64,000 nucleotides of DNA from Trichoplax adhaerens (Eukaryota > Animalia > Placozoa). The first letter of the stretch is position 1; each line of letters begins with the position of its first letter. The stretch is taken from NCBI RefSeq assembly GCF_000150275.1, contig NW_002060955.1, positions 1,804,126 through 1,868,125 of the forward strand, read 5' to 3'. This document shows positions 39,501 through 54,500 of the stretch, piece by piece. The position numbers and the translations under genes were made by a program. Below the pieces are notes generated by a model. The model did no database searches. It had not been told where the DNA came from and worked only from the letters and a program-made list of their open reading frames with translations.

Positions 39501-42500
39501 ACAAGAATTTAGACGCCTTTGATTCTACGTTAAAACAACTATACAATTGAGAACTGCTTTATTCAGCTATCTGACGGATTTATATACCCTTCTACAGCAG
39601 CTAACATTCACAAGTCATCTTATAAAAATACTTGTGTGAGAACATCTACTAACTAGTTTTTCACAGTCGGACTACAATATGTCCATTCACAGAATCATTT
39701 CAGTACACATTACAGCACAGCAATAAATTTACTGTAACACATTTATAATTAGAGTAATTTCTATTGTCAGGAACTAGATGTAATATATTATCACTATATT
39801 ATATTAACCAAATTTAGATAACTATTTCTTCACGGTAGTTCGTACCGTGACACTCGTATATCAAATTTAACATGCTAACCGCTAGTAAATATCTATATCT
39901 TCCATTCTTGTAGGACACTTCGATCAAATGCATTGACAAGCATTCAACCCAAAGCTTTTTGTATGTTGCAAAAGTTACAACATTTGTAAGTGGAACATAT
40001 TATTTTACACTATCATTCGCTAATAGGAAACTATATAATAACAATTACTTTTATTACTGTTTAAATTCTGGTTTTAATAAAATAATGATTGATTAGAATT
40101 CTAGACAATAATCGCCTTAAAACCATGTCTGAGGGTGATTTTGGTTGTCTGTTAAATCTGGAAAGTTTGTAAGTTTGTAAATGATGTTACAGTTAATTAC
40201 TATTTTACTAACAATCACTACAATTAATTTGTGGTGATTTAGTTACATATGTTATGAAGCTGTATCTAGATTGCGTATCATTTTTAAAGTAGATATCAAA
40301 TGATTTTAAATCCATTTGACTCAAAATAAAACTAAGTATCCGATAGAATAAATTAGCAATTATGCTAGTACACTTAAGTCTCCGTTAACCTATCAACAAA
40401 TTAGGTTGTATTATGCTTTAAAGCTGATCTGTTATCCTTCTTTTATCAACTTTTCAGACGGCTGAAACATAATGCAATATCTACAATTGAAACTAACTCC
40501 TTGTGCGGTTTAGAATCACTTGTTCGTCTGTAAGTATCGATATATGAAATTAAAGTATTAATTATTGCCCAAGTAACAAATAATAATTTTAATTATAATC
40601 AATAAATTTAGTTGTAATATTTGTTTAGTCATCAATATCAATAATTATTTATGATGCTATCTAGAGACTTGTACTATACTAGACGCATACAAGGAAAACT
40701 TGATTTACGCATAACGGAATTCTTTTCCCTATCTGTAAATATATTATACAGAAATTTGAAGGGCAATCGCCTAAAAGTTGTTAAAAACGAAAGTTTGGCT
40801 TGTCTGTCATCATTGGAAGACATGTTTGTATAAAATCAGATATTACAGACATTGTAAAGAAATGATAATTTTATATTAATAGGATAACTTGCAGACTAAA
40901 GATTTTATTATGACTAGTAATTGTCAGACTCTATTTTTTTAAATGAGCTCATGCATAGTAAACTAAATACTTTTCCAAATTTTTAGATACCTTGAATATA
41001 ATGTTATCGAAGACATTGAGCCTAATTCTTTTCGAAATCTGACTAAACTTCGCATGCTGTAAGTTTAATATGCCTCAATTTTACCCTTGTTTTATTGCAT
41101 CATTGACGGTAGGCGTTATGCATCTTACATCGCCTAAAGTTCATACTATAGATTGTATGATTCATTAATTTATACTCAGATAACTTAAAATTGCAACTAC
41201 CATTTAAAAGTTATAAACTTTATTTAATTCTGACGTAAATCATAACGAAATCTCGATAAATTATTGTATATAAGCTATTTTTAAACTTTCATTTCTAATT
41301 AGTGATATCGCAGGAAATCATCTGAAAACCGTACGCCGTTCTGTATTCTTTGGCCTACAATCATTAGAACATTTGTAAGCATATGAATTTTTAAATATAA
41401 TCAATTGCAATAGTAGCTGTTTATCAGACGCAATTTTAGAATAATATGACTATATTCGCAAAAAAATCAGTAAGAATACTTAGTGTATTACATAAGTGCT
41501 CCTTCAATGTAAGAAATCAAAATTAGATATCAAACTAAGACAAGAAATAATCTATATTTATTCACTGTAGTAGGCCAACAAAAGTACCCCTGATCAATTA
41601 TAGCCCATATTCATTTAACAAATCTATTGTTAGCACATTTTTGAGCTTTAAAAGTTTGCTATTAATATTGCTGCTCTACGATGTTTACAACTATTCATCG
41701 AGGCTGTTAAACACGTTATCTCTTAGATCATAATTTACTCACTTCTAAAATAAAAAGAACTAGTTACATAGCGCACATTTACATTTATTTGTTTGCTTTG
41801 TAGTCCTTTAATGATTCGGTGAATTACTTTAAACAATGTAACAGCATATACGCCATCTTTAGCAAACTGAATTTTTTCGACGTTTTAGAAAATTAGAACA
41901 AAATTCAATCACCAATATAGAACCGTATTCATTTTGTGGAATGCCTAAGGTATGGGAGCTGTAAGTACCATTCTTTATTTAAGCTACTTTATTCTTACTT
42001 AATTTAATATACTTATAGAATACTGATAATATGGCTGCATACTTATTTGTTACTTTTATATAATTTTAGTTGGCTTCACCTAAACAAAATTAAAAAACTT
42101 GAACGGTATACCTTTGCCTGTACTATCAATTTGAGACATATGTAAGATACTGCGTTCTAAAATAATTAGTTCGATAATTATCAATATATTAATACATGAT
42201 GAAACTGATTTCTTTGCGCAATATTTACTTGATAGAATTAGTTAAAGAATATTTTCTTATTCATATTTCATTGATAGTACATTCTTAAAGCTGTATCTTT
42301 GATATCAAGTAATTATTACTAAAAAAGACTACGGTATTGAAATCCCATATTTCAGCTATTCGTAGTTTTCTATACAATTATTACCTCCTTCACATCTGAA
42401 TCTAATTTACGAATTATATCATTGTCGACTACCATAATTCAGCTCAAGTTTGGTTCAAAATTTTATTAATGGCGAATTCGATTTCATTTAAATATTTAAT

Positions 42501-45500
42501 TAGCCTTCCCGTAAATTAGCATAATTCTGCTTTAGTCACTGCTTTGAGGCAAAATAAATCTGATATATCTATTCTACTCCATTAGAAGTATACACAATAA
42601 CGACATTGAATTTATCGAAAGCGAAACATTCTGCCCAATGCGTTATTTGGAAAAATTGTAAGTTAATTTAGATTCAAGAACTCATGAGAGAATTGCTTAA
42701 AGAATTTATAAGATTTCATGCTATCGATGATAGCTATGAATAATTAATTTAGAATATGACATTGCACTTGAAATCCAAAATAAATTAGTAAGAAATTCTA
42801 GTGAATTCTGATAGATTACTTCCAAAATACCTTCCATTGGATTTAAAAATACTGTAGAAATCGCGTTCTATACAGGCAATATTATTTTCTTTATATGCAA
42901 AATTTTAAAGTTTGGATTACTTTCGATACTTCCTTTGAATCTTTTTCACCGTATATAGTACGAGTACATAGTAAAAAATTCAGAGTAACATTTACGTGCA
43001 AAATGAGCTTATTCTTAGAGACCACATGCAACAGAAAGCCAATTATAAATTCGAAGCTAGTCAACTTTTTACAGTGCCACATAAGTTCAGGCTTAACATT
43101 TTTATTAAAATTTATCATATAGCTAATCATTATCATTTATAAAATTATAATACTGAACTATTTTTCTCTAGAAATTTGAATAACAATAAATTACCGAAAT
43201 TATCCAATGGTAGCCTTGCATGTCTTTCTCAATTGACAGAATTGTAAGAACGTGATTTAGTGATGAACATTACAATGCGTTCAATTTTTGCATATTTCTG
43301 TCATATCAATCAATACCAATTTACAATACCGAGATGATAAGATTTTTTCAACGTTAATGTAAAGTATTGCAATGTATTTAACAACATTATTTTCTTATGA
43401 CTGGACTAATCAGTCGTGCACAAAACATTACTGCGTTTACCAAATTAAATGCTTTCTTAAATATATTACCGAATCCTTATATGTTGGTAATCAAATCTTT
43501 TTACAATACGATATCTAATTCATTCAGATATAACTCCAATTCGTTGCTATTCTTTTAGTTATTACCATCGCTAGCTATGTAATAGTACTTTAACCGTTGA
43601 TTATTAAAAAATTACATTATGTTTAGCTATTCTTCTATATTTCAATTATATCTACTGTCAGATACGTTATATCAAATCAAATTACTTACATCGAAGATGA
43701 CACTTTCAAGCCAACCAATAAATTGGCCAAATTGTATGCCTACTAAATGTAAAATACGATATAACACTTTATGATGGTTTCATAACTTAAATTTGTCTCT
43801 AATAATGCTAGCTTCTATAAATTCATATACTAGCAGTCATGGAAATTAATACTAGACATTTTACTAGTTAAATAAATTCTTAGTTATCCGTTACAATTAT
43901 TGCCAAATAGAAACCATTTACAGTAGATAAAACTGATAACTGTTGCGAAAATAATAAAAACGTAAGATGTATATATCCTACAATGTGAGAAATCACCAAG
44001 GCATTCACCCTGGTAAACAGTAACGAATGTGCAATGTCTGCTTTAATGTAAATGACAAAAAATTGTTATTTTCTAATAGAAATTTTACCGATAATGGTCT
44101 TTCGATCATAAAGCCAAGCTATTTTGTCAATCTTGATCACCTCTATCTGCTGTATGTGGCAAATTAAAATGTTTTAATCCATAAGATGGAAATAATTAGT
44201 TCTCTGCCTTAATTTCAGCATTGACTTTAGTTCATAATTTTATCATATTAATTATAAATTGGAGTACTAATTTTTTGGTTTGCCTTGGCTATATATAAGC
44301 ATTTCAATAATAATTTATTGATATTGTTCCACAATATTTAATATTATACAGCTTTTTATCGTAATAATAAAATTTCTGAATTAGAGAGCTAGCAGATAAC
44401 AAAATTAGAACAATTGAAAATGGTTCTTTTACTAAATTAAAGAATCTCGTATTTCTGTGAGTAAATGATTTAAAAATATCTAGGAAAATTTGGGGCTATC
44501 TTTTAGAACTTTAAAAACATTATTAATGTACGATAGTCTTTCTTTTTATTGTTTGCTAAAGCATTTATTTACTATAATTCTATATTCTGAAGTTCTTATT
44601 ATAGTTATGCTAAAATTGAGTATTGCCAAAGACCTAATTTTTATTCCTCATGTTTTTATTAGCTCCCTCTCAGGTAACGATCTGAAGCATATACAACGTG
44701 ATCTTGTTAGAGGCTTAACTAAGCTTCAAGAGTTGTAAGTAGATCAAAAAACTTTGCTATGTATCGCAGTAGCAAATTTTCTATCACTTTAACTATATAA
44801 AAAATTGAAATAACCGCGTAAAAAGAAATAAATTGCGTTATAGCAGTCATTTTAAATAGTTTCGTCTTCCGCATTATGTATAATTTAGCATTTGCATATT
44901 CGTAATATCCTCTGCTAGTTAATGAAAAGTCTTTCTGTAGCTTCATTGCATGTTATTACTAAATTCAATTTAAGTCATCTTCTCTCAATTCTTGTAGTCA
45001 GGCTTCTCTAAATAAACTGGTTTCAATTGAAGATGGTACATTTTGTGATTTTAGACACTTGAAAACTTTGTAAGTCCTACAGATATCGCATAGAACAATA
45101 GGGTCAAATTAATAATTTAAATAGCAACGAAGTAAAGAGAAACATTTCTGTCGATGTTCCTCTAAGTTTATTTATCGAAGATTAATACTAATTCTCCACA
45201 ATTCGTTATAATATAAAAACCGCTATATCTATATAGTTTTAATATCAAGAAATATTAATCTAAGGCCATATATATGTCACATACATTTGGAAAGTCCGTA
45301 GAAAGTTTTAGTTTATTTTTCTTAGTAATTAGCGCAACAAACATAGCTGTAGCCACAATACTTAACCTTCTAGTAGCTATTTGCCAATCTAACTAATAAT
45401 TACTGCCTAGTAACACTAAATGCCAGTTACAGCTCTGACAGCAATCATAAATGATTACTTATTAAAATCTTTCTAGCTATAGTAAGGCTATTGATTACAA

Positions 45501-48500
45501 CATGATCAAGATATAATGGCATGAAATTTACTTATCTTTTTATAATTAGCCGACTTTAGAGATCCTAAATAAGTTGAAAAGTGGTTATAATATCGTAATG
45601 ATTTTAACAACTAGGAGATTAGATCGCAACAAATTATCACATGTTCACCCTCAAACCCTGTGTGCTCCAAGTTTACAGAGAGTGTAAGAAAATCGAATGA
45701 TCATAAGCTATAATTATGCATCAAATAATTCCTTAAATGTAATAAATTGTATATCACAATTTCCGACCGGAACTACATAGGTACTTAAACAGCAACAATT
45801 TCGATTCCATTGCACCAACAACTTTCCAGAATTTGGCATCCATTGATACATTGTACGTATGAAGACAACATTCAAAATAATTGTAGCTAAAGACTTAAGT
45901 TAACATTTGACGATTAATTGTTCAAGATTTTCAATGTGAATTAATGCGTTCATTAATTACCTGAGGTACTTTAGGCTATTTAGTATTGCTAACTCAAAGA
46001 TAAAACCTGGCAAGCGATCTTGTTAGCTTATTTATCTATTCATTTAAATTTTATACCAAAAATTTTTTAACAAGAGTTATGGATAACAACAACATATCCA
46101 AACTTCCCACTAAAGTATTTAAATCAATGAAAGTGACTTTGACGCTGTAAGTTTCATATTATTAACATCTCACACTAATTATATTCTCAGCTAGCAGCAG
46201 GATGCTTTAATGTCATGTTAAAATAGTTAACTAAAAAATTTAATGCCTGATAAGAAATCTGCTCATAAAATATGTTCGTCGATAGTGAAAGATAACTTAA
46301 TCATAAATCTATCGTCTTTTGATGCTCTTACCTAGTAATAAATATTAATAACTATATTAAAATTACTTCATAGAAAATAAGAATTTATCCCTTTCTTTAA
46401 TATTAAATAGGACCATTATCAATATTCAATTAAATTCATTGGATGCCTATCAGTTTTCAGGACTTATAAGCCTTAAACTCCTGTAATCATGCTAATCATA
46501 TATTAATTAGGCGTTTAAAATAAATGCTAACAATACTGATTCATTTATTTTACGGTAGTAAATCAACAAATAGAATTTACTATACCTAAAATCTCCTAGC
46601 GTATAGTAAAGCTAGCGTAATAATTAATGTGTTAAGACGTGTAAATCGAATTCTTCATCCTTAGACGACTAGCTTTCAATAACATCTCTTCCATCAATGA
46701 TACTGCATTCGAAGATCTCTACAATCTAACTACTTTGTAAGTACTCCTTACACTTACTGCAGTTTAAAACTGTCTAAACTAGTTTACTGATAATTGAAAA
46801 ATTTTAGTCCGTATCATGCAGGAATTTCTTTAATCATTATAATTGAGTAGACGGTGACAATTGCTTCGCTAAAGTGATAAGTAATACAATAATACAATAA
46901 ATATCGATTTCATAGCTATATCATTTAGCACATCTAATAAATGGAATGATATATTTTCTCCGGATTCATTATAGTAACTATAATCAAGAATAGCTAAATA
47001 GCCTGTAAGTTTTGATCTACTGACTGAATTATTTCTTATTTCTTATACTATTATAATTAGAGATTTGACAGACAATAAATTGAAAAGGTTCAGCTCTACA
47101 ATTTCTTCGCCGTTAGTCAATCTGCAAGACTTGTAAGTACAGATTAGTAGTGATTTACAGATAAATCTTTCTTAGATTCTAAAAAAATTTGTCGTAATTG
47201 GCTCACAACTATCTAGAAATTTAAACGAAAACGAAATTCAGCGGTTAAATGCCGGTCAATTTAAGCATTTACAAAATCTAAAAGCTTTGTAAGCATGAGT
47301 CATAATTTTATAAAAGATTACAATATCTTCTACATTCTAATATACGTTGTAACGTTAAATACGATAAACTATTCACGCCAATTTTATCTTACTTTGACAT
47401 CGGCAATACTGATATAACTGCGTATTAACGTTTTTAAGCAAAATCTATATTTGCTGCAATGCATTAATTATTAGCTAAATTTGCTTAGCGACTAAATTAA
47501 ACTCTATTTGAGCTGTTGCGGTCGATATTATACTGCTTCTAGATCAGGAGGGATACAAATCTTACATACATTCCTGTAACTACTGTAACTCTAGATCAAA
47601 GAACAGAAATGATCTAAATTTTGTAGTTTAAAATTTTAATTTTTTATACTCCTTGCATTCTGCGAACATTGTAGAACTAACTACAGGATGTTCAAAATAG
47701 TATTAATATTATTGTTATATGCTAATTTTTAATACATTTATATCTTTAGACGCTTGCGAACAAATGCTATATCGTATATTCACGAAAATGCATTTATAGG
47801 CCTAAATAAACTACAATTTCTGTGAGTGCGATAAACTTTTATACCTTTTTAAAATAAGTGCCTCAGCTAGATTTCAATTAAGAACTTTTCGAATGAAATC
47901 TATTAATATTTTTACATGCAGTTTTATTTTGGATAAGGGCTCGAGCTATGGATAAACGTATAACTATCAAGCAATTTAATTTATTAATAATGTAAACTTA
48001 TTAGGCAACTTAGTGGCAATCCCATCAGAAATTTTCCAGAATTTCAATTACCTAATGTTGCATCAATGGAATTTTTGTATGCTGCAGTTCTTTTCTATAA
48101 TTAAATCTTATCAAACTTGTATATTGCATAATTTTCTTACGCTAACTAGTATAGTAATGCTCTATAGATTTCAATCTTTAGTCCTATGGCTATTATTAAG
48201 ATTGCTTTTATGTACTAAGGGGACTATCAAGATCATATCCGCTAAGACTGAACGTACACAATGGATCAGTAGAAAGAAGTAGAAATTCTACGGTCATAAA
48301 GACTTTGTAAGTCTTAAATATATTCTGAGTATAATATGGAGGCAGTCAAAGCTCCAATATCAAATATCAATTAAATCAGCAAATAAATATCAGCAGTATA
48401 ATAGTAAGTTCATCCATATCACATCTCAATTTGTACGTAATACCTGTGGCAAGGATAAGAGAATAACTACCTACTACAATTAAAACTTAAATTTTTTAGG

Positions 48501-51500
48501 GCTATATGAAACTATAATACTCCAATATTTCTGAATAATCTGCTATCTGCTGATTTCGAAGTTTTAAGTTACTGTTTTTTCTAACAGAGATTTGACGAAT
48601 AACTACATATCAGAAATACGATACTTAGACTTTGCAGATTGCAGAACCCTGTAAGTCCATGTGCTCTAGATTTCAATTGCTATTCAAGTGATAGTGAATT
48701 ATCAAATTTATAGTCAACATTGTAAGTCTGATCAATTTTTTATCATTTATGTTCCAACTATATCAACATCATATCAATATGAATATCAAATATCAATATC
48801 ATGTAATCTTCTGTGAACTTGGTATAAAATAGTAATCTATCTTACAATAAATTACATGAATCAAATCCGCTCAATTTTTCTACACTTTTGAATTTAGCCC
48901 ACCTGTAAGTATAAATTTATGAATTCTCCTGAAATTAATATATTTAACTTGTACAAATATATTTAGTTCAATTCAACTTTAACCTTATCATTTCAATTTA
49001 TTTTTCTTAACAATTTCGATGCTTTATTTCCAGTGATCTAACAGGCAATCGGTATAGTAACATCAAAAATGTTAAAGATTCTTTTATTATGTCTAACTAC
49101 AGCAATCTGCAATCATTGTAAGTATTTCCATCTGATAAGTTCGCTAATAAACCTTACCTAATGCTTGAATGTGATCTAGTTTAAACTCTAATTTAATACA
49201 TAATTTTTAAAACGCCTTTATTAGTATTCATACTTACTAATCGCTATTTATATTCCATAGAAATATCTCTTCTAATATGCTGTCTAATATTGATATGAAG
49301 GCACTAGAACCGCTCTCAGAGTTACAGTCGTTGTAAGTTTAATATACAGCATGACCTTTATTTTATCTCGCATATATGAATTAGTAGAGTGCTTGCGACA
49401 GAAATACTTGAGTTGGAGTAACTATTTAATTGATTATGGGTTTGGCTACTGTGATATACACCGATTACGAAATTCCAAATTTTAGAAAAATAAGGGCTTT
49501 ATTGAATCTTATACAAAGATTAACTACTCACAGCTCTACTTTAGCCGAATACTAATACTAAAGACGTCTACAACGAACTAACAGAATAATCTAAAGTTGC
49601 ATGCTTTTATACTTTTCGTAGCATTCGCAGCTACAATCCGCATGGCAACCTTTTACCTTATTTTACACATAGTTAAATTATTCTTAGTAATACTATTCTA
49701 CTGCGGACCATCATTAATCCGATGTGGATACGACTACAGTATTTACGTAGACATTATTTACACTAGCTAAAGTACAATGAATTAACCATATCCTAATATA
49801 TGATTTACAGTTCTATTTTTGCCTATAACCTTATTAGTAACTTCACACCTTACTTTATATAGTCATCTGTACTCTAGCATAGAGTCTCTACCACTACAGT
49901 CTATAGTTATAGCTACCAAATATCTCTTAGGACAAATATAGAAGTTACGCTACCGTACATTATACTAAACATGGCTAACAGTCTACAATCACAATACTAA
50001 GTTACATTACAGCTACGAAATATTGATGTAGCATTTTGGCTGTGCTTCGAAAGTCCCAAATGACTTGTTATATTTTTATTGTGTAGAATTCTGCAAGATA
50101 ACAAATTACAGAAGCTAGATTTTATAGGAAAGCTATCCCAACTTCTTATACTGTAAGTACGGCAAGATTAAACAGAGACCTTTATATCAAATATCTCGTA
50201 CGTATTAGCAAGCGTTTATGTGGAGTTGTAGATTTCCTAGTATTTACCCGGAGATAATTAATTCAAAAATAGCTTCAGATCTTTATTTGCACATGAATAC
50301 AAGCGAAAGTAAAAAATGAGAGTGCAATATGCTTATTATTTAAGCGAATTGTAATTATTATTAATAAGATTCGCTTGCACTTTACCTGTCTCTATAACGG
50401 TAAAAATTCTTTAAGATTTTAATCAGAACATTGCTACGAGCTAATATTATAAGGCACATAGCAAAGTAGATAGACAATTTTCTGTTACCTAGAGCATTAT
50501 ATATTCTTAACTATAATTCATACAGAACAGATTTAAAGAGTAATATTGAAATCAGGCTGTCTGCAACTTGACTTTAGAGTTGATAAAGGTCATAAAATAA
50601 TGTACCAATGATTTTACTGCTCCATAAGAGTATCCATGATTGTTTCTTCTATTATCTAGATCTGTAGCATCTAATCACATTCACAGAGTAAATTCTGACC
50701 ACTTTAAGAACTTACGAAGTCTCGAAGAATTGTAAGTAAATGATTGGCACAACAGGATTTTAGATGACTGTAGTTAAATATTAGTGTCATGAATTGAGTT
50801 CCATTCCAAACTATTAATTAGTAAAATATGTTATGCAAACACGCAACTATCTCACTTGCTAGCCTAGTTTCAGATTTATAATAAAGACTTTTACATGGAT
50901 TTCATGCATCTAACAATTATTATTAATTCTTTATTAAAGATACCTAGATGATAACTTGATAGGCACTCTTAGTGAAAATTATTTTATGAATACGAAATTA
51001 ACTTCCTTGTAAGATATACACATATTATTAACAGCAAAATGTTATCAGTGATTAATATAAGTATTCGTAATACGCTTATGTTGAATATACAAAATAGATA
51101 TCTACAAAATAATCAAATATCGAACGTTAACCCTATTTTAAAAGGATTACAAAATCTACGAATATTGTAAGATGAGCTTATTATCCAATTCATAGCTCTC
51201 CACACTCAATTTTATCTTTTTCGCTAAATTAAAAATTTTCGATTTTACTTCTTGGAATGTTTATTTTAACGTAAATTATTCCTGCTTCTTGGTATTTTTA
51301 TCGCCCAAGAAACTTAAATACCAATCGTATTGAAAAAGTTACAGAAATTTTTAACATCACATTGCCCTACCTCAGCCAATTGTAAGAAATCTTATGAAAA
51401 ATTTTGGTGATAAAATCTTATTATATTAACTTAAATAATTTAACTTCAGGTATTTGATTAATAATAGAATCAAATCCTTGCAAAATAAACCGTTTTCAAG

Positions 51501-54500
51501 ATACCGAAATTTAAGAATTCTGTAAGTAGTACAACGATTGTTTCGTACATCGATAGTATAATTAATCACTTAGATACTTAGCTAGATTGTATTTCCTTCT
51601 ATAGTGATTTAAGCGGTAATGAAATAAAACTGTCTGTGCAAGATGATTTGGGATTAACGTTTCTTGAAAAACTGTAAGTATAAGATATGTATCCATAGAA
51701 TCTATAATAACCCAATTAGCAGACTGCAATTCTTGTAAAAATATTCTCAAATATAATTAATTCAATAAATTTAAACATCCGAAAGAAATGATTTATGAAA
51801 TATGGCGTGTTGTACTTTATCAAATACTAGCGGTAACGGTAATATTATTATGGCTGAAAGCGATGAATTAAGCATTATTAGAGAGAATAGTCTTGAAAGA
51901 GTCGATAATTGGAGCTTTATCTTATTGTCTATACTTGACATATTTACCTAACTATTTATGCTCGTGATTTAATACAACAATAAACCAACTATAAATATTA
52001 ATTATAAATTATTGATACTTTTAATAAAGTTCCTGAAATATAGCATGATGTACTGTTTAATGCCATAACATCACCGTTCCATTCATAAGAAATTTTCTCT
52101 TAATTCTTTATATCTGTTTCAATGATAGAGATTTGGCAAAAAATAAAATTTCAAATCTGACTTGCTCAGGATTACCTCCAGTACTTAGATCTTTGTAAGT
52201 AGCACACTCATTCGAATATTTCCTTGGCATAATAACACACTAGTAACTATTTTAAAAAATTTACGTTTAAGAATTTAGAATCAACAGGTATAAAATAGAC
52301 TAAACAGTATATCTGTTCATATCTTTTAGAATACTAGCGCATAATAATATCAAGAAGTTTGACCGTAATTGTGATGGTTTATTCTTCCAAATTAATAAAA
52401 TGTAAGTTGCTGATTGAAATTTGTGATCCAAGTCACTTAAATCTTTTATTTGATATACGTTCAGAACTAATTAGCTATTTTGCATTTGCTGACTAGTGAC
52501 ATGAGCTACACGAGACTAATAGCGAACGGAATAGATATGAAGAAAGATTTTCTAGACAAATTGAATTTAGTGAATGACTTGTAAGCTTTAACACAATAGC
52601 ATGATAATAATTAGATTTTAAACTTGTCTATTCTATTATTAAACAGTAAATCGTTTGCAAGTATTATAATTGCGGTTAGAGTAAGTTCATTTACAAAAAA
52701 TTGATTTATAATTGCCTGAATGATTATTTAATAGGAAATTAGCAGGAAATGAATGGAATGCAGATATTAGAGAAATAGTAGCTTTAACTTACCTGNNNNN
52801 NNNNNNNNNNNNNNNNNNNNNNNNNNNNNNNNNNNNNNNNNNNNNTTTATTGGTGTCAAAGTATTAGCGTTAAGTCGACCGGAGTGCAACGAAAGTAGAA
52901 TCAAAGTTTGTTAAAGTTTCGTAGCTTGATCTCTACACATTTCATTTCATTACACTTCAATTATATACAAGATAAGTATTTAAAAAAGTAATATGACTTA
53001 AAGAAAATTTTGATCTCAGGTTTACTTAGAAATTTGATAATTTTAAAGGATAAAATTTTATTAAATGATTAGTAATGAAATACAGTATTTAACTGAAAAA
53101 TTTCCAATCTATTTACTCTTTATATACTTTTAAATCCTTCATGCCAACTTTTACTTATTATTCTGTTATTGATTTATTGACTTGATATGAAAACTCTTCC
53201 ACTGTGTCCGTATTTTATTTAGGAGATCCATAATCATCTATTTTCATTCAATGATATGGGATTATTATTTCTATCTACCGTAGATACTTATAGTTAATGC
53301 CCAGTTATAAACTACCTGAAATGAAAGTAAAAACATTTTTCTAACATAAGCCCGCATTATAGAGATTAGATATCATCTATTTTATTTGAATTAATGATGA
53401 TAGTGTTCTTTTTGTCTATGTGCTTAATACTGATTTAGTTAATATTTTGGTGTACAGCATTAAGAAATTGTATTTCTAAACCTACAAATTATCATCGATT
53501 TGATTATTATTCCAAGGGCTAATAGCAATATCAATATTATAGCCACATAAGTTAGCATATCGATATATTTAAATTCTAAACAGGATATCCTAATTATCCT
53601 TGTATTAATTTCAATTGCAAATAAAAATGCTATACAAACAAATGGCTACTGGTGACAATTATAGATCAAATTTGTCTATAGAAAATGGAAAGAAAAAATT
53701 ANNNNNNNNNNNNNNNNNNNNNNNNNNNNNNNNNNNNNNNNNNNNNNNNNNTACACATTATGCTTGAGCTTTTACCCTTTGATTAGAAGACTGTATTTTA
53801 CCTATTTTATTCTAGTATAATTTTAAAATAAAAATAAATTCGTACTCAACTAGATTTATAAAGATTTTTGTTAAGCACCTATAGTAATAGAATTCCGCTA
53901 GATATGCCTTAAAATAGATATTAAGCTCTCTGTATATTACAGCAGTATTACAGTTGCGACTAATAATCACAGAATTCTAATTGAAAATTACTGATCACCT
54001 TTTATTCTTATTTTACCGTCCTTCATAGCCATTTAAATAAATGCAATATTTCATCCATCCCCGAGAAAGCGTTTGCATTTTATTCTCTTAGAATTTTGTA
54101 AGTTAATTATTTTAATACTATAGCTTTTAAGTTAGAGATGTGACTGTAAACCTCGAATACATTACAAACTTTTATATTCATTTAATTTAAGCTTTTAATT
54201 AATAATAGATCATTGGACGGTAACAACATATCTGAATTTGATATGGTCGACATCTCTAGCAGGGATGAAAACATATTAACGGATTTGTAAGATAAGTTAA
54301 TTTAAAGTCTTTATTAATTAATATAAAATATTACAAATGTTTTAATACATATAGTGGATCCTTACCATGACGGAAATATTTAGGTTTAATATTTTATAGC
54401 AACTTTACGGGGTTACAATAATTACTGATATCGCGGTTTTATGTTAAATCATCTATATATGGGTGCAATACGATATCATAATTGTGAAAAGATGCAAACG

